Shown here in pieces: positions 52,279 through 63,417 of a stretch of DNA of 64,000 nt. Made by a program: the position numbers and the translations under genes. The notes beneath the pieces are model-generated. The model saw only the letters and a list, made by a program, of their open reading frames with translations. It was not told the origin of the DNA and made no database searches. Every line of letters starts with the position of its first letter. Position 1 is the first letter of the stretch. The stretch is from Asterias rubens (taxonomy: Eukaryota), in assembly GCF_902459465.1 (NCBI RefSeq), contig NC_047071.1:2108001-2172000 (forward strand), given 5' to 3'.

Positions 52279-52642
52279 AGACTTCACTTCAGGTGAATTG
52301 GTCCAGTTGAATTGAAGTTATTAACTGCATTGCTGTTGTACCAATTGTTGACTGCCCATTGTGTGCCTCCAAACTGTTGCATGCTCTGCCCTGAGCAGAA
52401 TACAATACAAGGGAAATCTGACTCAACGTGTACAGAGTGATGGCGTCAATTGTCAATTATTATAGGTCCATTAAATGGAGATTTTCTTTCCATTTGAGCC
52501 CTGCGTATTGTGGGAGGATTCTGGGTAGAGTCTGTAGAGATTGAATCTTCCTGATCCATCCCAAACTTTGCTGAAATTATCTAAATTTTCTATTTTGGTT
52601 GCACAATTTTCTAGTTTGGTTAGAAAGACAGCTTGATTTTGA

Positions 52643-52690
52643 ACCTGCTTTACCAACTGAGCTACGATAGCCTAATGTTGGCCGTCTCTA
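52643..52690 (-). mobile_element. Family S2 fragment
   Basis: Reverse complement gagacggccaacattaggctatcgtagctcagttggta keeps both the tRNA 5' end and its upstream flank. Confidence 0.5.
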
Positions 52691-53481
52691 AATTCTCTCT
52701 GCATATTTTTTTTTTCAGCGGGTATCATAATGTCACTAGCAAAATTAGTACATGTACATGGTTGACAAATCTGTTTCATGGACTCGCTACAGAGACCAAA
52801 TATCCTGAGAAATGTTACAAATGTTTTGAGAAAATTTGTGACCCCCCTTCTGTGAAAATGAGCAGATGTCGCCCAATGCTATGAACAGTTTAATGTGGAA
52901 AATATAAACAAAAAAACATTATATATTATTATTTTTTTACTTTTTAAGATCTATATTTGCATGGTAAACCTTTATAGAGCACTTTCTTTTAGGCAATAAA
53001 GCTATATGAACACAACAATTTTGTGACCATACTTGTGTCTAATTTGTATGCTTTTGTGCGAAATGGTATTTGAAAACATCACTTTACTTGTAATTCGTTT
53101 TTCACCCAAAAAATGTATTGGCCAATTTCAAACAGGAGTAACTCAGCAAATTACTGCTGCTGGTGTGTTCTTTCCAGCCATGCATATAACTCAATTCTTG
53201 AAATAGTCAACATAGCTGACTCATTTTAGAGTAGCGGGTCACATTTGTCTCCGCAATCAGTCTAATTTGTTTTGTTTTTAAAATATGACTTTACTTTAAT
53301 GGAGTTTTCTCAGGTTGTTTTTGAGGACAGGAAGTTTGCCAAAAACGCTGGCCAACCATGATACATTTAACGTGCATTTGATATCAATGAATACAAATTT
53401 TGTGGGCCTAACTAATTGCTATTTTCCTGTATACTGTACAAGTATTCTGACGTCAATAAGTTATTTAGTATACTCACTATG

Positions 53482-53692
53482 TATAGACGATGTGACCTCT
53501 GACGTCACACGAAAACCATAACATGATTCGCACGCATACCGCCGGGCAAAACCTTTGTGTTTTGGCAGGCAGTTAGAAAGTGTACGCAATCTTACTTTGA
53601 CTGCGCAACTCAGTGCCCGGCGAAACATGAGGTATAGAGTGTTTTGTCAACAGAGGGCGGTTTGAATGTAAACATAGGTCACATCGTCTATA
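53482..53692. mobile_element. MITE with perfect 17-bp terminal inverted repeat (unclassified, TA/AT-flanked)
   Basis: TATAGACGATGTGACCT ... AGGTCACATCGTCTATA. Confidence 0.85.
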
Positions 53693-54840
53693 GGCCTACA
53701 ATACATGTAACCTGCAATTAATTCAATACGAGAATAATTGCTATAACTAATGAGGCCTACATGTACATTCTGTTGTACATAAGGCTACATTTGTGGTTGG
53801 TTTTATCCTGGAGCATCTAAATTTTTGTCTACAGAGTGTCTTATTGTATGCATCATGGCCACACCTTTATCCATACAATCATTTCTTCTGTGGAGAGGGG
53901 ATAGCAAGTGCATTGATCAGTTGATCCTGTGTATACAGATCTTAGTGACCCCTCTTGACACCAATGTCACACCTACAATATTAAATTCTACTTCAATGGT
54001 CACACACAGCTAGTGTCTGCTGCACTCGCCATGTCATTTAACACAAAATAATTATTAAGAAATGTGTTGAAAGGTATACCCAAAATACATGATACCAAGC
54101 AATGTGTACTATGTACAGTGTAGTACATGTAGTACAAAATGGTGTATAAAAATTATTGTACGTACGATGAACGCATGCACTAGTATAGTACTGTATAATG
54201 CATGCAGTATTGTACAAATGTACATGATGCACGAATGAAGGTATGTTGAATGCAAAGTACCATTATTCCCTAAATAGGATCTTCAGCACTGACATCTGCA
54301 TCCTGTGTACATGCAATTAACATGATCAGAGTTGAATCTACATTGTATCACATACAGTGTATTGTACACTACATGTACATGGTAGAACACATGGAGCCAA
54401 AGGTAATTCTCAACTTCTCATGCCATAGAGTTAGATAGAGTAAGGAAACACAGCCACACAATCAAATTTAGATCCAGTATTTATTCCAGTTTATGCACAA
54501 TACCACCAAGGCTTTAATGGTTGCCGTGTGTCCTTTGTATGGTTATAAATTGTGTTTTCTTTGACCATAAATTAATTGCCAGAATATGGTTCGAACGGCT
54601 TCAAACTGTTTGAATCAGTAACAATAGCAGAAGGCAATTTTCAACCATTTCATTTAAATATGTTGATTACTTACTTGGTAGAAGGTTAAGTTGAATTTTC
54701 TTTAGCTGCACAAATCTATCAATCATGCAAGGGACCTCCAAAGCATAAATCTAAGTTTATGAGTAAGGGTACAAAAAATTACATACTGAATTTATCTGTC
54801 TTGTAAGTCCGTTTGTAACATTAAGAAACAGGAGATTGTT

Positions 54841-55013
54841 ACCGGGCAACCTCGGTAGTGTGGTTGTTAAGACACTGCTCTATAATTGCAAGGGTCATGG
54901 GTTCGAATCCCACCCGAGTAACATGCCTGTGAAATTTTTTTCACAGGACTCGGGAAAGTACTGAGTATACAGTGCTAACACACATTGGTGTATGGGTAAA
55001 AACCAAAATTAAT
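54841..55013 (+). mobile_element. tRNA-derived SINE family S1, full length with 15-bp TSD
   Basis: A-box/B-box head (gtagtgtggttgttaag; ggttcgaatccc); perfect TSD AAACAGGAGATTGTT at 54826-54840 and 55014-55028. Confidence 0.9.
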
Positions 55014-55096
55014 AAACAGGAGATTGTTTGTTAGGAAACAATTACAGTATAGGTTTTTGAAAAGGCACTTGTCTAAAATGGTATCTAAACTCATAT

Positions 55097-55136
<40 letters not shown>

Positions 55137-55137
55137 A
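55097..55137. repeat. (AAAT)n microsatellite
   Basis: About 10 consecutive AAAT units. Confidence 0.95.
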
Positions 55138-56586
55138 ATTCTTTCATTCCTAGTTTTGCACCCTCTATTCAATTGGCAATGATGGGTTTATCGATGCAAG
55201 CCCTATGGGTGTCTGGATGACCCTCCGCTCATTATGTATTATTTTCTTCAAAGCCAATGTTTATGAGTGAATATTAATAAACGAACAAACACACAAACGT
55301 AATCAAGATAATTTCTTACTTCTGCACAATTTTCCTTTTTTGTTGGCTTTCTTTTTATTCCTTTAGAGGCACCAGGGAACGAGGGTAAGATAGATTGCCA
55401 TGTATAATCAATCCCTCCCTCCACACTTGAGGTGGATGCATGCAACAGTTTGACTTAACCACAATTTAGAGTTTTTTACACTCTGGGGAATGCACAATTT
55501 ATTTTATTTTGAGTGTGGTGATTAATTTTGTTGTATCGGTGCTGACCTTTCTTCAAAGATGGACAAAATCCGCCGAGAGAAGTTAATTTTGAATTAAATT
55601 TTCATACATTGTGTGCTGATAGAAGTTAATTTTGAATTAAATTTTCATACATTGTGGGCTGTTGTAAAGTTTTAAAAAGGCAATCAACGAATTACGAAGT
55701 AATTATGAATTCAATTTTTTACTTTTGCTTGAAAAGAAAAAAATAATAAAATAAGATTAGATTGTTTAGCTCCCTATTTTGGGTCACATGTTGAACATCT
55801 TAAAAGGTACATTTTTCAAGATTAACATGTTTAAAATTTTAGGTTGAATGTTTTTTCTGTCATAATCTAATTTCCAGTTAGAGGTCAAGATATAATTTCA
55901 CTCCATTTTTCACTTCAACATTGTAGCACATGTATAGATGAGTAGCCTTTTCACAAACTATTGAAGGAGCGTGTGTTTATATTCTCATTTTTGGATAATT
56001 TTGATAACTTATTTGGATAATTTTGATAACTTATTTGCATCAAGTTCTGGTAATTTTATTTTGTCTTTTGCATGTCTTTTATATTATCTTTAAACTTCAG
56101 TGCATCTGATAAGTTAACTAATTATTCATAACACCGGTTTGTGGGTACTTGCCATTGTTGTTCTGTAATTCCCTTTTCTAAGGAATTCCTATAATTTGGG
56201 GACCCAGTTGAACAAAGAAAGACATGGTGAATCACGGACATTTGTTTTATCATCGGGTAAAAGTTCCCACACCATTGTATGTGCCTACCTGACCACATTT
56301 TTTACTGGCATTTTGACAATTTGCACTTAAAATGGAGGGTTTAACTTTTATTGAGTTTGAGTGGTAAAGCCAATTAATATAATATTTATCTGTTTCCGGT
56401 CCACCAATCGGGTTAATTTTTCTAGGCAGACAAGGTTGAAACAATCTCATGTTACAGTTTTGATCACATGCATGGTCGTGTAAAACAAAATTGATCATTC
56501 AACTTACAAAGTTTGTTTCTAAAAGGGATGGTTCTTCACATTTGTAACATGTTTAACATGTTTACTTTAAAACTGTTTCACATACA

Positions 56587-56718
56587 GGAAAAGTTTCCGT
56601 ATGGCGCCACCACTTTTTCATTCAAAATAAAATAATATAGTATCTAATTTACCTGGTTGATATATCCTTTTTTGTAAAAATGAGTGAAAAAGTGGTGGCG
56701 CCATACGGAAAGTTATCC
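56587..56718. mobile_element. Merlin-like MITE
   Basis: 34-bp TIRs starting GG (ggaaaagtttccgtatggcgccaccactttttca, 2 mismatches); perfect 8-bp TSD CACATACA. Confidence 0.8.
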
Positions 56719-56946
56719 CACATACAAAATATCCAAAAGCACGCCTTCTTAAAATTTCACTGGGCATGCTGGGGAATATAAACATGATGTGGTTGGTTCA
56801 CTGTCCCTTGTTTATTTCACCACATCTGTTGCTCTTCCTTATTTAATATCAAACTGATGATATTAGAAACTTAATTTGTTTTATTCTACCTTTTTGTTTT
56901 TCTACTGTGTAAACCCTACAATTTTACTGATTTTTGTTGTAGTTGT

Positions 56947-58178
56947 CAGGCATGAGAATCTTCCGGTTTAAACCGGAATTCCGTTTTTTTTCCTTTCAAA
57001 ATTGTGGTCTCCGAGTTCGATGTGAATTTGCTATAAAATTCGGGGGGTAGGTTTTTGGGGGTATACATTTGGATTTCTCTAATCCCTCTTCTCTAGTCAG
57101 ACAATGTCAGTTTACCTTTGTAATTGTTATTATCGCGGATCCACACGTACGGCGTTCATGAAAAAACGGCACCTAAAAACTAAACAATAAATTGCCGTCC
57201 AGCAACTGGCCCAGTTTACGGCTTGTGGTCTTCCTGGCATCGCGCATGCATGCAGCAGCAGCGACAGATGTATAAACTTGCCTCATTCCTTGCTTCGTTT
57301 ATGGTGGTACGGTTCAATAATGTTTGCGTGTAATGCGCCTGGTGCTGCAGCAAAGATAACACGTGTGGAGACTTTTGAAAGTCTACTGAAAAAACAATGC
57401 ACGTGTTTGCACCATGTGTACTGTGTACTGTGTACTGTGTACGTGCAGGTTTGTACACGAACCAATGAGCGGCGCGGCACGAATCTGAGATCGCCGGCAG
57501 GCCATGGAAAACTGGTACCTGTTATTGCCTCACAACCAGCGAAAGATATATTGGGAACCAGCGAACACACTGTATGTCCGGACGACGTGCTTTCTTCATT
57601 GGTTCTATTTCTATGTTGGGGTCTAATCTCAACCTCGTTCCAGTTATACCCTATGCTGAATAACAACCTCTTTCTCAAAAACACATCGTTAAAATCACAA
57701 ACATTTAATTGCAAAAGAATTTCTTTTACACAACCGAATTTCAAATCAAGAACCTATAAAAATGGTTGTTGGTGAGAAAAAAAGCATTTTCAAGGGCAGA
57801 AATAAGGGATAAGATCGTCAGAAAAATTAAAATATTGTTACTATTATTTTTTTTTTTCCTTTCTTTTTCCGGAATTATTACAAAATCGCAGGCGAACCCA
57901 AAATTGTTTGAATTGTTTGAGCTTTACATTCCTTATTTTCCCTTAAACCTATTTAAAAAAAAAAAAATGGAAAAATCACACAAAAGTAGCTCACTTATAC
58001 CTGGAAAAATAGGTGTCAGAAATGCATCAGAGACCACCACAGAGCTTCTAAAATACTCGACCCCGGCCGTAGGGGACTTCGCGCTGCGCGCTTCGCACAC
58101 AAAAATGATGGAATATTGACATTTCCGATCAACTGAATTTTTTTCCTGTTTTTTTATCATCACCCATTCTCATGCCTG
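56947..58178. mobile_element. 1.23-kb non-autonomous DNA transposon, hAT-like ends, 6-bp TSD
   Basis: Perfect 13-bp TIR CAGGCATGAGAAT / ATTCTCATGCCTG; AGTTGT directly on both sides (56941-56946 and 58179-58184). Confidence 0.75.
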
Positions 58179-58707
58179 AGTTGTGTACAGCCATAAAAAC
58201 ACTGACACATTTGCGTAGAACTTGCATGGGATATCAGTGACGTGTTAGAGGAAGGAAACCAACATCATGTTAATATTGATGACGCACGTATACACTGCTT
58301 GTTCATCAACGTTTGGATTTTAACAATTGTTGTAAAAAAAAGTTTAAGCTATTCAAATAAAACCTCTCAATGGTCCTTAACACTCAACTGCTAGTGGCAA
58401 ATAAACTCAGGATTTTTTCACAGTAATGAATACAAAATAAGAGTGCTCTCACTAATATGACATGTATTTTAAAAGCAAGTGTGATACATTATAATTTATA
58501 ACAAAATACTATTACTTGCTGACATGCCTGAAGGCTGACATAGTTCAGATCATTTAGTTATTCAATACTTTTAATGCTTGCATTACACTACAGTTGACCC
58601 TAAATTTCTTCTTTAATGGCACTGTATAGCCAATCACCACACCAATATTAAGAAGGGGAAATTGCAAATAGTGAATCTTTTTTTTTTCATTTTTTTTTTT
58701 CAAACAG

Positions 58708-58983
58708 TCCCTACGGTTACCCCTGAAAGCAAGACGATTACAGTTGGAGATTCTGTCAACTTCACCTGTATGACCAGCAAAAACCAAGAACAAAATCCCT
58801 CCTGGACTCAAGAAAACAAGGAGACTGGGGACAAGGTTAAAACCTTTAACACTACTACTTACTACAGTGGCGAATCAAAGTATAGTACACTACAAATCCA
58901 AGATGCACAATTTAGTGACAACGGCAATTACGTCTGCCAAGTAGGCAATAACAGAGCCTATGGTGATCTTACAGTAACGTATG
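58708..58983 (+). CDS. BSG: Basigin-like exon 2: Ig domain 1
   Basis: ttttcaaacag acceptor and g|gtgagt donor, phase 1-1. Ig signatures VNFTC...W...LQI...DNGNYVC. Confidence 0.9.
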
Positions 58984-59136
58984 GTGAGTGTTTTTTTTTA
59001 TGTATGAATTGGTAAGGTCAAGTAAAAAGGCCATGGTTCTCAACTTCTCTTATGATTGTGTTTAAAAGAAATATTAAAAATAGCTGAACGTGACTTGGTT
59101 ACTATGCTGTCATATTTCCTCACTTCACTCGATTAA

Positions 59137-59473
59137 AGACACTGGACACTATTGGTAATTGTCAAAGACCAGTCTTCTAACTTGGTGTATCTCAACATTT
59201 ATGCATAAAATAACAAACCTGTGAAAATTTGGGCTAAATCGGTCTTTGAAGTTACGAGATAATAATGAAAGAAAAAACACACTTGTCACACAAAGTTGTG
59301 TGCTTTCAGATGCATGATTGCGAGACCTCAAATTCTAAATATGAGGCCCTGAAAACTACGTTACTTCGGAGGAAGTCGTTTCTCATAATGTTTTATACTA
59401 CCAACAGCTCTCCATTACTCATTACCAAGTAAGGTACTATGCTAATAATTATTTTGAGTAATTACCAATAGTG
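59137..59473. mobile_element. Kolobok-like MITE family A, reverse orientation, right end replaced by a palindrome
   Basis: TTAA|AGACACTGGACACTATTGGTAATT at the left end; body complete until aattaccaatagtg. Confidence 0.85.
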
Positions 59474-59633
59474 ACACTATTGGTAATTTCTCAACCGAAT
59501 CAAACAAAACATGCTGAGAGCACTGGGTTTTGAAGGGTTGAGGATAGTTATCTTAAGGGTATGAAATCCCCTCTGCTGGTTTACAAAAAAGGAAAAACTA
59601 AATTGTCAACATTTTATTTTCTCATGGTTGAAG

Positions 59634-59788
59634 ATGGAATCGTCGTAATTAAAGGCAATCGAGTCATTGAAATGGAGCAAGATATGAACTTCACATGCTT
59701 TATTGATGGCGACTCATCTGTTGAGGTCACATGGAAAAAGGAAAATACAATGCTACCATCTCCTGAGCTGCCTAACATTGAAGTAAAG
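59634..59788 (+). CDS. BSG: Basigin-like exon 3: Ig domain 2, first half
   Basis: DGIVVIKGNRVIEMEQDMNFTCFIDGDSSVEVTWKKE...; phase 1-0; aag|gtaagg donor; weaker AAG acceptor. Confidence 0.85.
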
Positions 59789-60163
59789 GTAAGGACCGTA
59801 ATTTCCTGCGGATTGGGCGCTCGAGGCAGATAGGACGCGAAACTGCCAAACAAAAAAACAAATAATTTTAGGCCGAATGTGATGAGGCGCACTACAAATC
59901 ACTAAATTTCCAACACTGGAAATGGACACTTGGAGTTGTTTATTTCAAAGTGTTATAAAAAAGAGAGAAGGTATTAAGGACATGATCAAAGCTACCTTGA
60001 AATCTGAGACCATTGGATTGAAGTGACTTTTCCTTTAGACCTTGTAACCTGTGATATCCGTTTACAGAAAAGCCACGCAACCTTGTCTTCCTGCTATGCC
60101 TTTTGGCACAATTTATGAAGAGCCCAATGGATGAAATCTTACATTTTGTGAAGATTGCACCAG

Positions 60164-60380
60164 GGCCCAATTTCATAGAGCTGCTAAGCACGGACATTTG
60201 CTTCTTAAAGCATGAGATTTCTTTCTTGATCAAAACAGGATTACCAAACAAATTCCCATTTGTTGCATATTGCTTGTTACTGGTGTTCAGCTGTTGTTTG
60301 CTTATCAGCTTATCCTGAAAATCTCGTGGAAATGAGGTCGATAATGCCTTGTTTTTTTAAGGCAAACATTTCATGCCGAG
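60164..60380. mobile_element. Harbinger-like MITE family C, right end lost
   Basis: cag|ggcccaatttcatagagctgctaagcac; body shared with the 23502 copy. Confidence 0.7.
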
Positions 60381-60718
60381 GTCTGGTTTTTATCAACTTT
60401 AAATATGCAGAAAGGGGGAACAACTGTACATTTGTGAAGCTGTTATTTTTATAGTGCTTGAATTTACGCAAACAATTTCAAAAATTAATACGTGATGTAA
60501 AAGAAACCTGATAAACAGGATCTTTTAAAATGACACCTCAAATGGCGCAACCAAGATATTGATGTTAATGACGCTAAGTGAATTGGGTAAAAATAGTATC
60601 TTAAATTGTAGATGAACTTTAGCCATGCAAAAAATAGTTAAAGTCTTGCTGTTCCTACCCTAGCAGATCTAATTTTTGGAGGTAATTGTTAAATTTATTT
60701 GTATTTTCTTTATTTCAG

Positions 60719-60827
60719 GGAAGCTCTCTGCTTATAAAGAAGGCATCGACTGCCAATGGTGGTAAATACACCTGCAGTGGATTGTACAACAAAACAATTC
60801 CAGTTGAACAAACTATTTATGTAGGAG
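60719..60827 (+). CDS. BSG: Basigin-like exon 4: Ig domain 2, second half
   Basis: tatttcag acceptor; GSSLLIKKASTANGGKYTCSGLYNKTIPVEQTIYVG; phase 0-1; g|gtaagg donor. Too short for the ORF track. Confidence 0.85.
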
Positions 60828-61189
60828 GTAAGGTATTCAATTAATTAAATTGAGTATAATGAGGCAGTCAAGCCTGGTTTGAGGCTTTGTATGGTTATGT
60901 TGCTTTATGACAATGGTTGTGGGCAATTTACATTTACCAGTGATTTCCATAGTTACTGGAATGTATTAAGCATTGTGTTGGCATTGTGTGCAGGCTTTTA
61001 CTCTCGTCAGACTGGTGTGCAGGCTTGTAGAGGATGCCAAAGATGCCTGTGATAAGAAAATGCACGATTTGTAACTCCACATGTGCTTCTCACGCTCTGT
61101 GTTGAGTGTGATTTTCAAGGTGCAGAGTTCGAAGTGGATAGATTCTAGATGAGTAGGATTTGAAACTTTGCATGGTGGAAATAAGATAT

Positions 61190-61490
61190 AGAAGAGTTTG
61201 CGGTAACACCATGTAATGAATCTCTAAATGAGTTGGGGTGGTTCTGAAAAGAACCGTTGGATTTACTCGACGTTTCGATCAGTATGCTCTGATCGTCTTC
61301 TGGAGAATGCTGGACTCTGATGCTGCATGCTGCTTAAGTACTGGGCGGCGGATTAGCTTGGTGATGCACGAAGGCGGGAAATACAGGCGGGAAGTTGAAC
61401 TCGATTGGCATTCTAATGAGGGGGTTTGCACTTGCACTCGACAATCTTATCTTTTTGTTAACTCCTCCCCCCTCCACATCTTTGCTGATT
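61190..61490 (-). mobile_element. Penelope-like element terminal-repeat fragment (boundaries approximate)
   Basis: Carries a PLE-type minimal hammerhead motif; CpG-rich relative to the intron; no RT or GIY-YIG ORF seen. Confidence 0.5.
61266..61305 (-). ncRNA. Minimal type I hammerhead ribozyme-like motif (variant core)
   Basis: Minus strand CUC-CAGAAGA-C-GAUCAG-AGCAUA-CUGAUC-GAAAC-GUC/GAG: 3-bp stem I, 6-bp stem II, palindromic ACGU stem III, GUC cleavage triplet. Core reads CAGAAGA instead of CUGANGA. Confidence 0.55.
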
Positions 61491-61716
61491 TTCTGTTGTA
61501 ATTAATTGATTGATTGATTTATTGAATAATTGAAGGCTTGGTATATTCGTGTCCCAGTTATGACAAAACAACACATTCATGTATACAGGACATCCATACC
61601 CGTTAGTGAATTAGCTTTGAAAAATAAATATCTGATAATAAAAACTATATAAAAATATCAAGTTTGAGGTGTTACTCTCTTTTACACATCCCCTTTTTTC
61701 ATCTTTTTGTTTCAAG

Positions 61717-62028
61717 GGGAAATGCGAATCAAGTCCCCCAATTCAGTGAAGTTTACAGAAGGAGAGCGTGCTCGCTTTGAGTGTGTCATTCTCCAGCCAG
61801 AAGGCGACCCCAAACCTACTTTCCAATGGATAGTGAGCACTGCAAACTACACCTTTGAGCTGACTGAGACGATTGAGGGAAGTCGCTACTCCATTGAGCC
61901 GTCCAAGCACAAGACTGGATCCATCTTGCACATGCTGGATGTAGTCAAGGAAGACAGAGGAAACTATACTTGCATTGCAACCAGTAACGTGACTGAGGTG
62001 ACCCACACAATATTTCTGCGAGTTAGAG
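61717..62028 (+). CDS. BSG: Basigin-like exon 5: membrane-proximal Ig domain 3
   Basis: EGERARFEC...FQW...SRYSI...SILHM...EDRGNYTC...IFLRVR resembles basigin EGETAMLVC...SRFFV...DPGQYRC...ITLRVR; phase 1-1. Confidence 0.92.
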
Positions 62029-62356
62029 GTATGTTGAATGATTTGAACGATTACCACTTGAAACGGCTGGGTTAACAAACTGCAACTCTCGTGCGTACAT
62101 TCAAAAATTAGGAACCCAGTAATTAGCATGATTTTGTTTCCTTCACCTGTTCACACATTAAAAACTAACATACGTACATGTACATTGTACCAGACATGTT
62201 TGAGCACTGTTGATTTTTTTTAAACAGGATTCACCCTCATTCTAACAAAATTGTCTCCACCAAACTGTCAACTCTGATGTTGGTAAAGTTTCTGGCCCCT
62301 TTGCTAGAAGCTTTTTATTATAATGTTTGTATCCATGGATGTCCAAACATTTTTAT

Positions 62357-62425
62357 CGGGAAACTACTGAGTATACAGTGCTTTTAAGCACATCAATGTA
62401 AGGAACTGTAAAACCAACTAATATT
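62357..62425 (+). mobile_element. SINE family S1, 3' fragment
   Basis: gggaaactactgagtatacagtgct..aagcacatc..tgta...aaaaccaactaata. Confidence 0.55.
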
Positions 62426-62973
62426 CTTTATCTGCAAAGCAAAGTTAACATCTACATGTTATATATATATCCACTTCCTTGTGTGGCTATGATGAACTAC
62501 ATGTTATGTACACAAGCAACCAGTCATGCAACTATTTAAAAAAACACATAAAAAAACAAAAAACATTGCAGTCTCCATAAAACATAACATTTGAAGTCGT
62601 TTCTGGTGTCTGAGCACAAAATTGCCTGCAGCCTGCATGAGCGCTTATGTGGGACAACCATGCTCTTTGGCTCTTTTGTGTGATGTCACAGGTGACACGG
62701 TCTTTACAAAAATTCAACAATACAAATTGTGGTGACTCTATTATGCCTATAAAAGTCATAAATTTAAATCATACTGGAATCACAGTGTCTGTTTTTTTAT
62801 TTCAGTATTGAAAGTGTTGATAGATATTTTGTATTTTTGAATTTCTGGCTTGTACATGGCAACAACATGTACATTGTGTGACTGAGTGAACAAGGGCAAG
62901 GTTTACATTTGCAAAGGGCACTTCAGTGGGAAATCTTTAAAGTCATGGGATAATTTTGAAAGGGCAAAATTCC

Positions 62974-63066
62974 AATAATTTGTAACGCCTGTTTGGGACA
63001 GATCATCTAGCTGCTCTATGGCCATTGATTTTGATTTTATTTAACAATCCCCACAGAGTTCTATAA
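62974..63066 (+). other. Partial duplicate of the basigin TM-exon acceptor and 5' end; pseudo-exon or alternative terminal exon (DHLAALWPLILILFNNPHRVL*)
   Basis: aataatttgtaacgcctgtttgggacag|atcatctagctgctctatggccatt versus aataatatgtaatgcttgtttttgaacag|atcgtctagctgctctgtggccgtt at 63247-63300. Confidence 0.7.
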
Positions 63067-63275
63067 ATTATATCAAGCGTACAAAAACAAAAAGGAAAAT
63101 GCAAACAAGAATTTAAAAGTTTAACTCAAGGAATTGTCAAGGATAACACAAATAAAACCTAAAAATGCTTATTTCCATTGTGGTCCTCAACGTCGAAAAA
63201 TACATTCAAAACACACTCAAGAGGACAAAACATTAAGACAAACCATAATAATATGTAATGCTTGTTTTTGAACAG

Positions 63276-63417
63276 ATCGTCTAGCTGCTCTGTGGCCGTT
63301 CATTGGAATAATGAGTGAAGTCATCTTGCTTATCATCATTATCTTCATTCATGAGAAATGTACCCAAGGAGACGACTTCGGTGAAGAGGATGAGGAAGAA
63401 GAGGAAGGAGCTGAACC
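63276..63417 (+). CDS. BSG: Basigin-like exon 6: TM helix and acidic juxtamembrane tail
   Basis: [28 protein letters not shown] matches the family hallmark LAALWPFLGIVAEVLVLVTIIFIYEK, including the intramembrane Glu; phase 1-2; cc|gtaagt donor. Confidence 0.95.

Noticed and set aside
13415-56782. TGGGGAATATAAA(AGA) occurring at 13415, 27548 and 56770
   Set aside because: A 13-16 bp match is near chance expectation in 64 kb of AT-rich DNA; the flanks are unrelated.
57278-57775. Overlapping 165-aa (+) and 153-aa (-) ORFs as genes
   Set aside because: Both lie inside a TIR-bounded element, include a translated (ctgtgta)n-like repeat, and show no recognisable domain.
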